Positions 28,196 through 42,432 of a stretch of 64,000 bases of DNA are shown here, piece after piece. The first letter of the stretch is position 1. Each line of letters begins with the position of its first letter. Made by a program: the position numbers and the translations under genes. Source of the DNA: Flaccisagitta enflata. Taxonomy: Eukaryota. The stretch spans positions 45,880,001 to 45,944,000 of the forward strand of contig OZ231126.1 in NCBI GenBank assembly GCA_965153355.1. The letters run 5' to 3'. The notes beneath the pieces are model-generated. The model did no database searches and was not told where the DNA came from. It saw only the letters and a list, made by a program, of their open reading frames with translations.

Positions 28196-30554
28196 TTAAT
28201 CACCAATCAAAGAATAGAATAGAATAGAATAGATTAGAATAGATTAGAATAGAATAGAACAGAATAGAATAGAATAGAATATAGAGAGTTGTGGATATTT
28301 CCTTAGCCAACGAAAAGCTGACATTGTAAAGACACGATCACATCAGCATTAGGAAAGTATTGCGATAAATGCAGTAAAGTTTTATCTTCGTGTTATCATT
28401 GTCCATTGTCAGGGGTTTTTCTGACCAGAGAAAACATCTGAAATAAAAGATAAGACATGTCAGCAGTTTCTAAATGTCAACTGAGCATTGGATGAGACAT
28501 GAATCATAATAGGAATGACCTTTTTCGAGAGACAGTAAATCATTAATGGGTAACATAAGCTGATAATGACACTAGAAAACTAAGCGACCACCGCGCCTCA
28601 GCAGATCTAAAAAGAACAAGGTCATTAGACCTAAGTCGCGTGCGTCGGCACTTTCAAAAAGAGGCAGGCAGACAGACAGACACACAATTTTTTTTTCTCA
28701 AAAAGTCATTTGAAATGGCTGTCTACTCCTCAAATTACCTTCTCTACCATTCAGAAACATGAAAAACGCTTTAAAAAGCCTTTAAAACAGTTTTGTGACG
28801 GACGGACCGACCGACCGACCAACCGACCAACCGACGGACCGACCGACGGACCGACCGACGGACCAACCGATGTCAAGCATATTTTCATGCTCTAACCATT
28901 GGTGCCACTCTTGGGATTGAATTTGAAATCAGAACAAAATCAGAAGTGCGTTTTTTCTTCGAGCCCTTCTTCGTGACATTGTCCTCCACCCTTTTCCTTT
29001 TATGAACATTCAAATTACCTGCAGGCTTTTTCCGTATTAATTATTCGTCTCGTATTCACATCACCGCTTAGCTGCACGACTATTTACTTGTTCGCACATT
29101 CACCATAATGTCCATATCCTTAATCATAATCAGCGCCTCGGACATTGGCACTTTTGCCCTGTGATTAGCGCCCTCTGAATTTAGTAATTTCAGCCAATGG
29201 TATATTTTTCATCACAAGTTTAGACGATTATCAACTGTCAAAGATCTAAAAGAAGCTGCCCCCAAACACCATTATCTCCAGCAAAATGATATCTCTCTTT
29301 GCCCCTCTTTCTCTTTGTCATTATCCTGAACACCTTTCAAATAATTACTATCTTGCTAAAAAGTATATAGACAAGATTGAATACAGTCCATTTATTCATC
29401 ACTGAATATGTTAAACATTTGTAAAACACAAATAGCATTTTGTGCGACCTTCCTGGGCATTAACTATGGCTACTGTGAGCCTCGGCATGCTTCCAAAAAT
29501 TGATTTAAGCTAAGATGGTGTAATGTTCTTCTACACCTTGAGAACGATTCTCTTGAGCCTGGACATGCAGCTACAACTGTAGCTTCTTCAGATGACTCAG
29601 TGACAATTTGATTGGATTATGGTCTGGACTATTTGCAGGCCAACTTGTTGAAAACTTGACACCAACTTGACACAAACTTGATACCCTGGTCTGAATAAAA
29701 AGACGCATTCATCTCCGCCAATGCTGCGCTTGGAACCAAGAAATTCTTAAATGCAAATTTTTTGCCATTTTCTACTTGAGGAAGCAATTTTGTTTTGCTT
29801 GTCATTTCTAAACGACTAAACTTAAAGTAATGCGGTTTGTGCCATTAGCTCGGAAATTCGATGAAGTTTCTTATGTTTGCATCATTTTTTGGGTGGTTAG
29901 CATTCACAAAAAATTTCCGCCGCTGGGATTTGACCCTAGGAACTTACTCTACTCAGATTTGTTTGCAGTAACTGTTCATAGAATGCAGAATTCAGTGACA
30001 ACTAAAAAGTTTATTTTTTTTTCACTAGGAAGACATTCAGTAAGTGGATCAGAAACACGATGCCCTCGGAGAGATGATTGCAAACGACAGACTTGTTATC
30101 AATATTTCGCCTAGGAGGCGCGAACATTGAATCTGTAGCCTAAAACGAAATGACCTTAACAGAAAAAAATGTTCAATGCGATTACAGCCAAAGTAATTAC
30201 ATATGCGCAGTACAACTTTCTCAGGAGTTGTGCAGGGGATGGGTGGTCATTCATGCAAAATTTCAGAAAATTTCACAGAATATTCATTTGGCTATACTTA
30301 TTTGAAATTTCGGGGCAGGTAGGTTGGTTCGAGTGGTTGGACCTTCTGGAATTGCATGAAACTTTGCACCGTAGTAGACAAGGTCATATGATGTCACCAT
30401 GCAAAAAATCAAGTCAATCGGTCAGTTCCTCTCCAATTTACAGCCTTTCAAAGTTGAGCTAAAAAAAGTCACAAAGAGTAGCGTGGTAAAGGTAATGGTT
30501 ATTGTAATCGGGTTGTCAAACTGAAATTCAAAAGCTTGTTGTCAAGTTGTTAAG

Positions 30555-31040
30555 TACGGCGTGGTCAAAGCGGTGGTCGCGGCGTGGTCATACGGCGTGG
30601 TCATACGGCGTGGTCATCGGCGTGGTCATACGGCGTGGTCATACGGCGTGGTCATACGGCGTGGTCATACGGCGTGGTCATACGGCGTGGTCATACGGCG
30701 TGGTCATACGGCGTGGTCATACGGCGTCGTCATACGGCGTCGTCATACGGCGTCGTCATACGGCGTTGTCATACGGCGTTGTCATACGGCGTTGTCATAC
30801 GGCGTTGTCATACGGCGTTGTCATACGGCGTTGTCATACGGCGTTGTAAAACGGCGTTGTAAAACGGCGTTGTAAAACGGCGTTGTAAAACGGCGTTGTA
30901 AAACGGCGTTGTAAAACGGCGTTGTAAAACGGCATTGCCAAACGCCGTTGTTAAACGACATTGTCAAACGACCTTGTCAAACGACATAGTCCACTGGCAT
31001 TGTCAAATGGCATTGTCAAACGGCAGTGTTGAATGGCATT
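30555..31040. repeat. 13-bp minisatellite with a directional sequence gradient
   Basis: ggcgtggtcatac > ggcgtcgtcatac > ggcgttgtcatac > ggcgttgtaaaac > ggcattgtcaaac. Confidence 0.95.
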
Positions 31041-31046
31041 GACCAG

Positions 31047-32052
31047 TTAGCATGCTAAAATCTTTATAAATCAAATTCATATGTTGAGACCTTCCATTTA
31101 GGGCCTACATACCAAGTTTCAACCAAATCGGTTGAAAAATGCCGAAGTTATGCGCGTTTTTCACTTTTAGGCAGGTAGGCTAGTTGGGTGGTAGGCTGGT
31201 TTGGCTGGTTAGCATGCTAAAATCTTTACAATTCAAATACATATGTTGAGTGCTTCCATTTAGAGACTACATACCAAGTTTCAACCAAATCGGTTGAAAA
31301 ATGCTGAAGTTATGCACATTTTTCACTTTTAGGCTGGTAGGCTAGTTGGGTGGTAGGCTGGTTTGGCCTGTTAGCATGCTAAACTCTTTACAATTCAAAT
31401 ACATATGTTGAGTCCTTCCATTTAGTGACTACAAACCAAGTTTCAACCAAATCGGTTGAAAAATGCTGAAGTTATGCACGTTTTTAACTTTTAGGCTGGT
31501 AGGCTAGTTGGGTGGTAGGCTGGTTTGGCCGGTTAGCATGCTAAAACCTTTACAATTCAAATACATATGTAGAGTTCTTTCATTTAGAGACTACATACCG
31601 AGTTTCAACCAAATTGGTTGAAAAATGACGAAGTTATGCATGTTTTTCACTTTTAGGCTGGTAGGCAGGTTGGGTGGTAGGCCGGTTTGGCCCGTTAACA
31701 TGCTAAAATCTGTACAAATCAAATACATATGTTGAGTCCTTCCGTTTAGAGACTACATACCAAGTTTCAACCAAATCGGTTGAAAAATGCCAAAGTTATG
31801 CACGTTTTTTACTTTTAGGCTGGCAGGCTGGTTGGGCCGGTTGGGTGGGTCGGATCATAGCATACGCATAGGATGTAAAGCGGCTTACCCTAGTGCAACT
31901 TCCCTACAAATATGAAGCAAATCGGTCAAGGCGTTCAAAAGTTAGCCCATTTTTAAAAGTGTGGACAACGACGACGACAACAACGACGACGACGACACCC
32001 ACCCGCCTCGAATTATAGTCCGCGTCGGAATGGTATTCCGTCGCGGACAAAA
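31047..32052 (-). mobile_element. 5' part of a large HINE/DINE-1-like element with five 162-bp tandem repeats
   Basis: tta(g/a)catgctaaa recurs at 31047, 31209, 31371, 31533 and 31695. The minus-strand end is ttttgtccgcgacggaat..attccgacgcggac (hairpin) followed by (gtc)n. Confidence 0.8.
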
Positions 32053-33034
32053 AGTCACGATGATTTCCGCCACTTAGAACAAATTGTTGCGCTTTTGCTT
32101 CAGACTCGTATTTGAAGTCGTCACTAAAGCTGAATCAGAAAGTTCTTAGGGTCTGGCGAGGACAATCGCGTTCTGAAAAGGCCACTTGGTCGCTCACACC
32201 GCTCAGATGCTCACTCTACACTCTACAGCGCTCCGCTTGCTCGCTTTAATCGCTCGCTTCGTTCACGGGCTCGCGCACTTGTCACACACTCCTTGATGGG
32301 ACAATTCAAATTCATGAATCTGTGTTCACGATGAAATCGCGTTTTAAGGAAACAAACGTGTTTGAAGTTGTTTCTAGAAACGCTCTTAATCTGTTCAAAT
32401 GAGGATTAGATTCGATTCTTCATAACTAGATTTTGCGACAGAACACAGTATGAGGGAAAGGGCAGGTAACAAGGTTTAAGTTTATCATCATAGCAGCCAG
32501 AAGGCCGGCGATAGCAACGTGGGCAATATTCCCTCATGTGTCCCATAATGCTTGTCTATATACATATTAGCAAGATAGTAGGCAAACTGTCATTAACTCA
32601 GTTTCACTACCACTATGAAAATAATCGATGTATGTTTTTTTTTCAACAATTCATGTTAGTTTTGACAGTTTGAGGTAAAAAACACCACCAAACAAAACGA
32701 TGAATTCAATATATGTGTTGTACCCTTTCATTGTCGTTGTCCATTTTTGCCGCACATTATTTTTCCGGTGTAGATACACTGTGTATTTCAGGATATAAAC
32801 TCTTACTTGCGTTCCCGTTTGTAAAAACCGAGCAAAGCCTTTACGAAATTACGCGCTGATTCCAGCATGAATAGACGTTATTTCTCATCTCATATGAAGT
32901 TGATGGAATATCAAGGTAAAAAGTACCTTTGAACCTAGCATGACAACTCGTGTTTATTGCTTTATTTTCTGCATGTCTGACAACCATTTGTTGCTTACTT
33001 GTTTAACTGTCCAATGTTCAATTACTCTCTCTCT

Positions 33035-33213
<179 letters not shown>

Positions 33214-34260
33214 GCGTCCTCATTTGAAACGACTCTTAATTGGCACCGGCGTCATACCGGTCCAACCGACCGACGGACCGACTGCCTGAACGGCCGACAA
33301 ACGGTTTCGCTTTACGGGTCTTTGGATTGAGTCCTTGGGGACATTTCTTCTTCTCGTCGGGGAAAACGTGAACGAGGGGGCGTGTCTAACCGGAAGCATC
33401 CTCTGCGTCAGGAGAACGACGGAAGCGCGGGCGCTTGAAGGAAGATCGTGAAACGTAAAATGAGAGGTGTTTACTGAGCAGGGAGAATGGCGAGAGCGTT
33501 GATACGCGATAACATCTAAAAATAAAAAAAATGACTGAATTAGTCGTGCTTACTAGAGGATCAGGCCCAGGGTGTAAAGAGAACTGCAGGAAGATGAACT
33601 GTGGAAGCACGATCATGAGCATATGTTAAAATTTTTCAGTCTGAAATTCAACTTATTTAAGAAAACTCAACCAAAGACCGTTTTGTTTTCGCTACTGTTA
33701 ATGACTATGACGTATGTATGTCATAACTCATGAGCACGTCATTCTGTATTCCGACAAGAATTATGAGCCATCTCTGTTCTCCACTTTTCATGACGCACTG
33801 GTTGATTATCTGGTTGTATGATACTCCTTTTCCTTTGTATCTGCTTTCTCAATAGCAAGCTTAGTCGGTCTTCAAGTTTCACGCTGAAGGCTCAGACTAA
33901 TGACTGGAACAACGTTCATCAGCGCTTCTTTTTGTATGTTTGTTTATCTAAATCTCTTTCACTCATTTTTAGTCGCGGACACGCGACTCTACACCTTGCT
34001 GTGTCGGTAGGACGGTCGGTTCGTCCCGTAACATTTTTGAATTCCGAGCGGTTTTTTCATTACTGCTCCTGCCCAACCGTCCGCGACTGGATTGCCGTGT
34101 ATCCGGCCTTGTTTCCGGTCGCCCTTGCCTTAGTCTAGCCGGCTACCGGTTTCTGTGAGTCGGTCTGTCTGACGGTTAGGCTAACAAACGGTCTTGCCAT
34201 TTTTTTTTCACTATATCTGTCCATACAAATGTACATATCTGGTTTACTGAGTACCTGTAA

Positions 34261-34437
<177 letters not shown>

Positions 34438-36092
34438 CCTCATCAGCAACGGACGTAGCCCCCCTGCCATCGCCATTCAGTCACGTGATCGTCCATTGCT
34501 TTTCGCGCGGCAGGTAGTGAATTGTTATGGCTTTCTCATTAGCGCACAGACTTATTGTTCCACCATCCAGCGGCTGCAGGCAAGTTTTCCGCCATCGGGA
34601 ACAACTTTCAAAGCCTTAATGACGCAGATTCACAGCAATTATCGTTTTTTTAGTCGTTACTTTGCAAATCACTATGTTGGTCCGTCCATCCATCCGTTTG
34701 TCCATTACGCAGGTTCTATCCTCATTTATTTTATTTCGTCATCTTTTTTTTTTTTTTGTGTGTGTCATCGAAAGTCATACAAGTCAATTCAAAGGCAAGC
34801 AAAGCTTAATTTTTAGTTCATATTTAGTCCATATTAAGCCATATTAGTCCATTCTCATTCCATTTTTGGTCCATTTTCAGTCCATTCTGTCTCCATGTGC
34901 GACTAGTTTTGTAATCTTGGAGTACTTGTATCTCCCTCCCATGATTTCTCTGGTCTGTTTGTCTTCACTTCAACCGTGAGTCATCTTCTCTTCATTCGAA
35001 ACTCACTTCATAAGTCTTCCATATATACGGTTAAACTCTATCATGTCATTCCAACGTGTTTGATCATCCATTTGTAAAACCCATGTTCTCTCAGTCGCCT
35101 CGACATGCGAGAGGCTTAGATCGTCCGTTAATCCATCAGCTCATCGCGAAAACTGTCGATTGTCTATGAAACCAAACCTTATCTGAAGTCTGGGCTATGG
35201 TCAGGAAAAACGAGGTCAGATATTTGCAAAAAAAAACCAAAAAACATGTTTTCCCATTTACCCCTATTTTCCTTGAAGACTTTTAAGGCTTGTTTCCTAC
35301 ATTTCCTTCTTCTTTTCTGATCCAATGCTGTAAACATCAACTCGATATTCAACGAATTGACATCAATTCAATATTATCGCTAAACGACCATCACTTTTGC
35401 ATTGTCTTAACCTTACAGACTCTCGCGACGACGACTGACTGAAAAAAAGATGAGATTCTCTTTTCCATCGGTTTTGTCTTAAAGAAAAAGAGATAGAAAA
35501 CGGGGGAAAAATCTAAATACGTCATACCTATGCAAATGACTTTCTTCCATTCCGTTTCCCTATTTTTCTCTCTTCTCCTTTTTTCTCCACATTTGCGTTA
35601 ATTGTTCTCACGGAAACTTTTTTTTCGCAATAGATGGAGATGACATTAGAACCCAGAGGAACCGAGGAATGTAACGACGTATCGCAATAAAACAAAGTCG
35701 TATCGCGTTACGCAATTTTGTTCCAAGTGAGGTTAATTGGGGAAAGTTTTATGCAAATCGACTGGGAGGTCTTCCCGCTTCATTTCGTCCACGTTGACAT
35801 CTTTTATGAGAGGAAGTGAAAGAAAAAGTTAAGAAAGAGAGAGAAAGAGAAAGCCTAAGCGAAGCTAATGACGAAAAGACACTAAAGACTCCTCGTTCTT
35901 TATTTCATTAATTTAGATCACTTTGCCACCCATTTGCGCACTCCTTCTACCACCCGCGGTTGTCGTGATGTTTCTTTTATATGGCAATACTCATTCACTT
36001 CCATTAGGACTTAAGGAGAATAAATTAGAACCATTTGATCAAAAGAGAATTCAAAGAAAAAAGTTTTGATTTCTGTATATTTCTAAAGTGAA

Positions 36093-36708
36093 CACTGTGC
36101 TTCCTACAGAAGTCTGAGTGAAAAATCGTATAACTGTGACTTTCTCAGCAGTTTTGTATAGTGTTGGGGTGTGATAACATGTAACTAGCCAAAATGAAAT
36201 CATTCACCGAGCGCTTTTTGAGTAATCTTCAAAATGGAAAAAAATTAGACCCATTTTCAATAAAGATTCTACTGGGTTGTATTGACCTATTTTTTGGCTG
36301 CATATTGTTAATCTATGCAAAATTCCCTTTCATTTGATAGGTCGCACTCCATACTTTTGCAAAGAATTGAAGTTTTCATTTTTTTGGTCACCGTTACAAA
36401 AACGCAACGGTGGCTCAAAAAATGAAAATTTCATTTTGAAATTAAACCATATAGTGCGACCTATCAAATGAAAGGGAATTTTGCATAGATTAACAATATG
36501 CAGTCAAAAAATAGGTCAATTCAACTCAGTAGAATCTTTATTGAAAATGGGTCTAATTTTTTTCCATTTTGAAGATTACTCAAAAAGCGCTCGGTGAATG
36601 ATTTCATTTTGGCTAGTTACATGTTATCACACCCCAACACTATACAAAACTGCTGAGAAAGTCACAGTTATACGATTTTTCACTCAGACTTCTGTAGGAA
36701 GCACAGTG
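36093..36708. mobile_element. Near-perfect 616-bp foldback MITE, CAC...GTG termini, 4-bp TSD (TGAA); Chapaev/CMC-like. A degenerate relative lies at ~59150-59747
   Basis: tgaa|cactgtgcttcctacagaagtctgagtg ... cactcagacttctgtaggaagcacagtg|tgaa; the arms pair for ~250 bp. Confidence 0.9.
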
Positions 36709-37877
36709 TGAAGTAAGCATTCTTCGCAAATTGCCGCAAAAGATAATTTTTCCCCTTGTAATTATGATTCTCATTCTGTGCGGTTTGAAGTTCTTTGAAA
36801 TGGCATGGCAAACACTGCATTAAAGAACCGTCACAAAATTATATAACAAATAAATTGCCATCAGATGAACTACCATAAAGAGGTATTGGTCCAGCTTCGC
36901 CAGATTTGACAACGACATGGCTGAAATATCAAATTATGACTAAGTCAAGGTGCACACGAAGAAGCAATTTTAGCGGTCAAATCATATTCTAGAAAAAAAA
37001 ATGATGAATTGATAATTTTTAAAAAAAAAAATCGTATTTTTAGTATAAATTATTTATTTATTTGCATTGAGAATCATTTATGTCTTAAAAATCAGTTGGA
37101 AAAATTCAGAGAAAAAAAAGAAAATTAACCTCCATTCCTTAACTTGTCTTACGTGAAATTCTTAATCTGTCTCTGATTGCATAAATTTGCATTTCTAAAA
37201 ACATGGCACTGTTCTAAAGACATGTAAGAAAGGGGCCATGTTCTTAGAAATGCAAAATTTTGCATTTAGAGAGAGATTAAGAATTTCACGGGAAATGATT
37301 TTCCAAATTTGCTGTTCCTGTGCACTGCAACCTAAGTAGATTGATCAGGAAAGAAAGTAGCGGCGATGACGAGATGGCGATTCAAATTCTGAACGATTTT
37401 CCCATTGAAGTTTTGGAAGCTGCACCCCTTCAAGGATGAAACTCGCTTTCAGGCTTCAGGTCAAAGTTTTTTGTTTTTGTTTTAGTCTTTTTTGTTTCTT
37501 TTTCTTTTTAATTGTATTTTGTAAACATACCCTGAAAGTGTCATTCATTTCACTACGTTATCAATTCATGAAGATTAGTTTCTACCACTGTTTTGGGAAT
37601 AACGTTTGATAAATCTTGGACGCTTGATATATTTTCTTAATCATAGTTTCTCGCGGTTATCGGAGAGAAGTGCTTTTTTTCATTCACTAATTTCAAAAAA
37701 ATTCCAGTACCACAAATTAGTTTTGCTTTTCGTTCCCATCACTCAGTGGATCAGTTTTCTTCGTTAATCCTTTCTACATCGGTGTGTCTGCACGTTCAAT
37801 GTGCCGCTCTTTTTTCCTTACTGTCATTCTATCTATCTTTCTTTCTTTTTCTTTCTTTCTTTCTTAATTTCTTTTTT

Positions 37878-37957
<80 letters not shown>

Positions 37958-37978
37958 TTTTTTTCTGTTTTTCTTTCT

Positions 37979-38036
<58 letters not shown>

Positions 38037-38078
38037 TTTCTTTCTGTTTTTCTTTCTTTCTTTCTTTCTTTCTCTTTT

Positions 38079-38150
<72 letters not shown>

Positions 38151-38176
38151 TTTTCTGTCTTTCTTTCCTTCTTTCC

Positions 38177-38870
38177 TTTTTGGGCAGCGGCCCCGAAGGG
38201 GACGAAGTCCTGTAGAACACAGGGGGACTTTCGTTCGTCCGTTCGTTCGTCCGTTCGTTTGTTCGTCCGTTAGTCCCCCCCTTCATCAGACCCCTCAGGC
38301 CTCAAATCTGGCCTCTCAGGCCGCAAATCCAGCCTCTCAGGTCTCAAATCCAGCCTCCCAGGCCTCAAATCTGGCCTCTCAGGCCTAAAATCTGGCCTCT
38401 CAGGCCACAAATCTGGCCTCTTAGACCACAAATCTGGCCTCCAGGCCTCAAATCTGACTTCTCAGGCCTCAAACCTGGCCTCTCATGCCTCAAATTAGGC
38501 CTCTCAGGCCTCAAATCAGCCATCTAAACCTCTATTTATTGCTCCCAGGCTTCAAATCAGTCCTCTGGCCTTTAATCCCTTAATCCAGCTCTCTCAAGCC
38601 TCAAGTTAGCCCTCTCAAGCTTCCAATCGGCATTCTGAGGCCTTATATCAGCCTTCTTAGACCTCAGTTTAGGCTCTTGAATGCCTTCAGTCAGCCCTCT
38701 ATAGCATCTCATCCACTTCTTCAGGTAGGACGAACGAAAGTCCCCCTGTGTTCTACAGGACTTCGTCCCCTTCGGGGCCGCTGCCCTGCTTCCCCTCACT
38801 CCAATTCACAATCACTCAAAGCAGGGCAACGGGTATCGCTGACCACATATTGCCCTTGGGCGACCTGTTT
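38177..38870 (+). mobile_element. Family-D HINE-like element inserted in a (TTTC)n tract
   Basis: Near-identical to 11576-13070 without the nested hAT MITE; flanked on both sides by (tttc)n. Confidence 0.85.
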
Positions 38871-38882
38871 CTTTCTTTTTTT

Positions 38883-38938
<56 letters not shown>

Positions 38939-39319
38939 TGTTTCTTTGTTTCTTTGTTTCTTTGTTTTTTGTTTCTTTGTTTCTTTGTTTCTTTGTTTCT
39001 TTCTTATTTTCTTTCTCTCTTGATACCCCGCTCCCTTGATACCCCGCTCTAACGGATTTTAGGGGACTGACAATTTTCTTCTGTTATAGGCGGACTTCTG
39101 TTATTGCCAACAAAGAAAATAAAAGAACTTAACATGAAGGGACTATAAATTTGCATCTGTTATTGGCGGAATTCCGTTGGTGGCGGGCCTGTTAGAGCGG
39201 GGTTCAACTGTATGTGAATTTTTTTATCCTTGCTTTTTTTTTCGCGACGATGAAGTGATGAATGTATACATTCCGATCAACCTACAAATTATCATGCCTC
39301 TATTCTTGGTTACACATAC

Positions 39320-39750
39320 ACTTTTTTTTTTAAAAGAGACAACTTTTTTTAAATCAGCCTGGGTGTTCTTAATTTTTCAGCCATTTTCAGCCTGAAATTC
39401 TCTTAAAGTGTTCTTAATTTCTCCGATGTTTACAAATATAAAAATCGTATAAAAATACCTTATTTATAACAATTGTATCTTAAACTTGATGATCATCATG
39501 TTTTGTTTTTTTAAAATGCCTGATTTCATAGGCAAACAAGAAAAAGAAGTCATTTTTAATAATAAAAAACTTATATTTCCGAAAAATTTCAATACAATTC
39601 ATGTTTTAAATGAGAAACTGAAAAAAAAGTTCTTTAGAAAATGGCCAAGACTAAATCTCAGCCTGGGCTGTTTCTTAGTTTGTTCTTAAAATTTTGGCAA
39701 ATCTCAGGCTCATGTCTCTTATAAACTGGTCTCTTATATAAAAAAAAGTG
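39320..39750. mobile_element. MITE with TA TSD (second copy at ~43346-43980, interrupted by a family-A HINE)
   Basis: ta|cacttttttttttaaaagagac ... gtctcttatataaaaaaagtg|ta. Confidence 0.8.
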
Positions 39751-40628
39751 TATGGGGGATTTTTCCTCCTCCTTCTCCTTCTTCTTTGTACCCCCTTTCC
39801 CCCAACCTCCAGGCCCATATCTCAGCCTCGAGGCCCATGTCCCAGTCTCGAGGCCCAAATCCCTGTCTTGAGGCCCAAATCCCAACCTCAAGGCCCAAAT
39901 CCCAACCCCAAGGCTTAAATCCCAGTCTCAAAGAATTTGAGCCTCAAGACAGGGATTTGGGCCTCAAGGCTGAGGACATGGGCCTTGAGGCTGAGATATG
40001 GGCCTGGAGGTTGAGGGATGAAGGAGGAGAAAGGAGGAGGAGAAGGAAGGAAAAATCCCCATATGTGTGAAAGCACCAGGTCATCGAGCTGAGGAGCTTT
40101 GCCCTTCCTTAGAGCCATTGGAGCCTTTGGAGCCTTTGGAGCCTTTGGAGCCTTTGGAGCCTTTAGAGCCTTTGGAGCCGCTGCCCTTCTTTATTTACGA
40201 AAAATTCAAATTGATTTTTTTTTTCTTTTTTTATGATTTTGTGTAGGATCAATAAAGGAGTGTATCTATGTTTGAGTATGCAAATACAAGAAAACATGTT
40301 TATGAGCATAGCTGCTTATCTGTGAGGGTGACTTTGAGTATTTCAGCTCATTTTGCTCACGTAGCTCAGTTTTTTTCCTGACTTTAAATGAGATAAGTGA
40401 ATAGATATTTTGATACATATTTAAACAAGCAAATACAAGAAAGCATGTCAGTGAGCAAAGCTGTGTTTTTAGGTATTCTAGTTCATTTTGCTCATTTAGC
40501 ACGTTTTTTTTTCTGATTTCAAATAGGATAAAAAAATAATTGTTTGGATTTGAGCATGAAAATACAAGAAAGCATGTCAGTGAGCATAGCTGGTTGTCTG
40601 TCTGTCTGTCTGCCTGTCATTCTGTGTA

Positions 40629-40868
<240 letters not shown>

Positions 40869-41090
40869 CTACCACATCTTTGGTTCTCTGGTCCTCCTTT
40901 GCCTTATCTGCGAGAAAAAATTTTGCCTCCTTTCCAAGCTTCATTAGTATTTGGTGTCAGAAACTTCGGGCTGCAACCGCAATTATCAAAATTCAAATTT
41001 ACAGAGAGAGAGAAAGAAAGAAAAGAAAGACAGGAAAGCATCCAAAGAAATAGAGACGCATAGACAAGGGAAAGTCATGAAAACAGCCTA

Positions 41091-41687
41091 ACAGTGGCAA
41101 AATAAAAAAAGAGACAAAATTATTTTCCATGTTTCACATTCATCAAATGAGAAAACCATAGCAAAATCCATGACCATTTTAAAGCTCTTTGAAAGATCTT
41201 CAAAATGGGACCATGCTGGTTGTCCTAGCTTTTTTTGTTTAGAATTGACATAAGAATAAAGAGTAGATGATCAAGAGTGTAAAAACCACATTGAAAAGCT
41301 GTACCTTTTTGTTTGTTCGTAAAAGAAATAAAGAAAAAATCTGTTTGAACTTTTTTTTAAACGTTTTTTCGAAGATTTTTGAATTTTCTTTCATTCAAGA
41401 CCAATCCCAGATTTGTAACTCAAACCGTTTGAGAGTTAGAGCTCGTCAAAATTAACTACTACTTTTCAAAACCTTTTTAATTCAGTTGAATCCCAAAACT
41501 GAATATGGCAATGTTTTTATTCATTCTTATGCCATTTTTAAACGAATAAAGCTAGAATAACCAGCAACATCTCATTTGAAAGATTTTTTGCAGAGCTTTC
41601 AAACGGTCACTGATTTTTTATAGTTTAAAGCTTCAGTGCTGCACAAAAAAGCAAAACAAGTTGTCTCTTTTTTTATTTTGCCATTGT
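41091..41687. mobile_element. MITE flanked by CTAA/TTAA, inserted in one copy of a local duplication
   Basis: cctaa|cagtggcaaaataaaaaaagagacaa ... ttgtctcttttttattttgccattg|ttaagcc. The empty site is visible in the duplicate at ~41975 (cagcctcagcc). Confidence 0.8.
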
Positions 41688-41809
41688 TAAGCCTTTGGAC
41701 AGGTGGCTGGATATTGCCGTACAGCAGGGGTGTATTTGAAGGGGCGTCAGGGGCAGCAGCTGCTGCCCTTTTTGTTGGAGCACAAACCCCATCGGGTCAC
41801 AAATGAGAG

Positions 41810-41890
<81 letters not shown>

Positions 41891-42015
41891 AAAGAAAGAC
41901 AGAAAGAAAGAAAAGAAAGACAGGAAAGCATCCAAAGAAATAGAGACGCATAGACAAGGAAAAGTCATGAAAACAGCCTCAGCCTTTGGACAGGTGGCTG
42001 GATATTGCCGTACAG

Positions 42016-42064
42016 CAGGGGCGTATTTGAAGGGGCGTCAGGGGCAGCAGCTGCTGCCCTTTTT

Positions 42065-42122
<58 letters not shown>

Positions 42123-42432
42123 GGAGAGAGATAGTGAGTGAGTGAGTGAAAGAGTGAGTGAGTGAGTGAGTGATTGAGAAAGAGAAAAAGAAGGAGAGTG
42201 AGGTATGAAATGTTTACAGCTGTAATACAATGAGGTTTTATGGGATCGATCTACAGAGCCTATTCACCCACTTCATATAGTTGTTTAGGTTGATGCCCTT
42301 GACCTTTTTCATCAACCAAATCATTTCTCATTTCAAAGTGCTCACCAAGGACATAGGATACAGGACACAGGACTCGTTGGGACACAGATTTTGGGTTGCT
42401 GCCCCAAAAATTTGGGTTCAAATACGCCCCTG
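42016..42432. mobile_element. hAT-type MITE with perfect 8-bp TSD (CCGTACAG)
   Basis: ccgtacag|caggggcgtatttgaa ... ttcaaatacgcccctg|ccgtacag. Confidence 0.9.

Noticed and set aside
28900-29800. Coding-like composition on the minus strand
   Set aside because: All frames are interrupted by stops and I recognise no domain; at most a decayed or captured fragment.
29915-29950. B-box-like motif (gggtcaaatcccagc on the minus strand) suggesting a tRNA
   Set aside because: No cloverleaf or properly spaced A box could be built.
33230-33622. GC-rich unique segment with a minus ORF ending KRPRFRRSPDAEDASG (neuropeptide-precursor-like)
   Set aside because: No clear signal peptide, no recognisable peptide family and no consistent exon boundaries.
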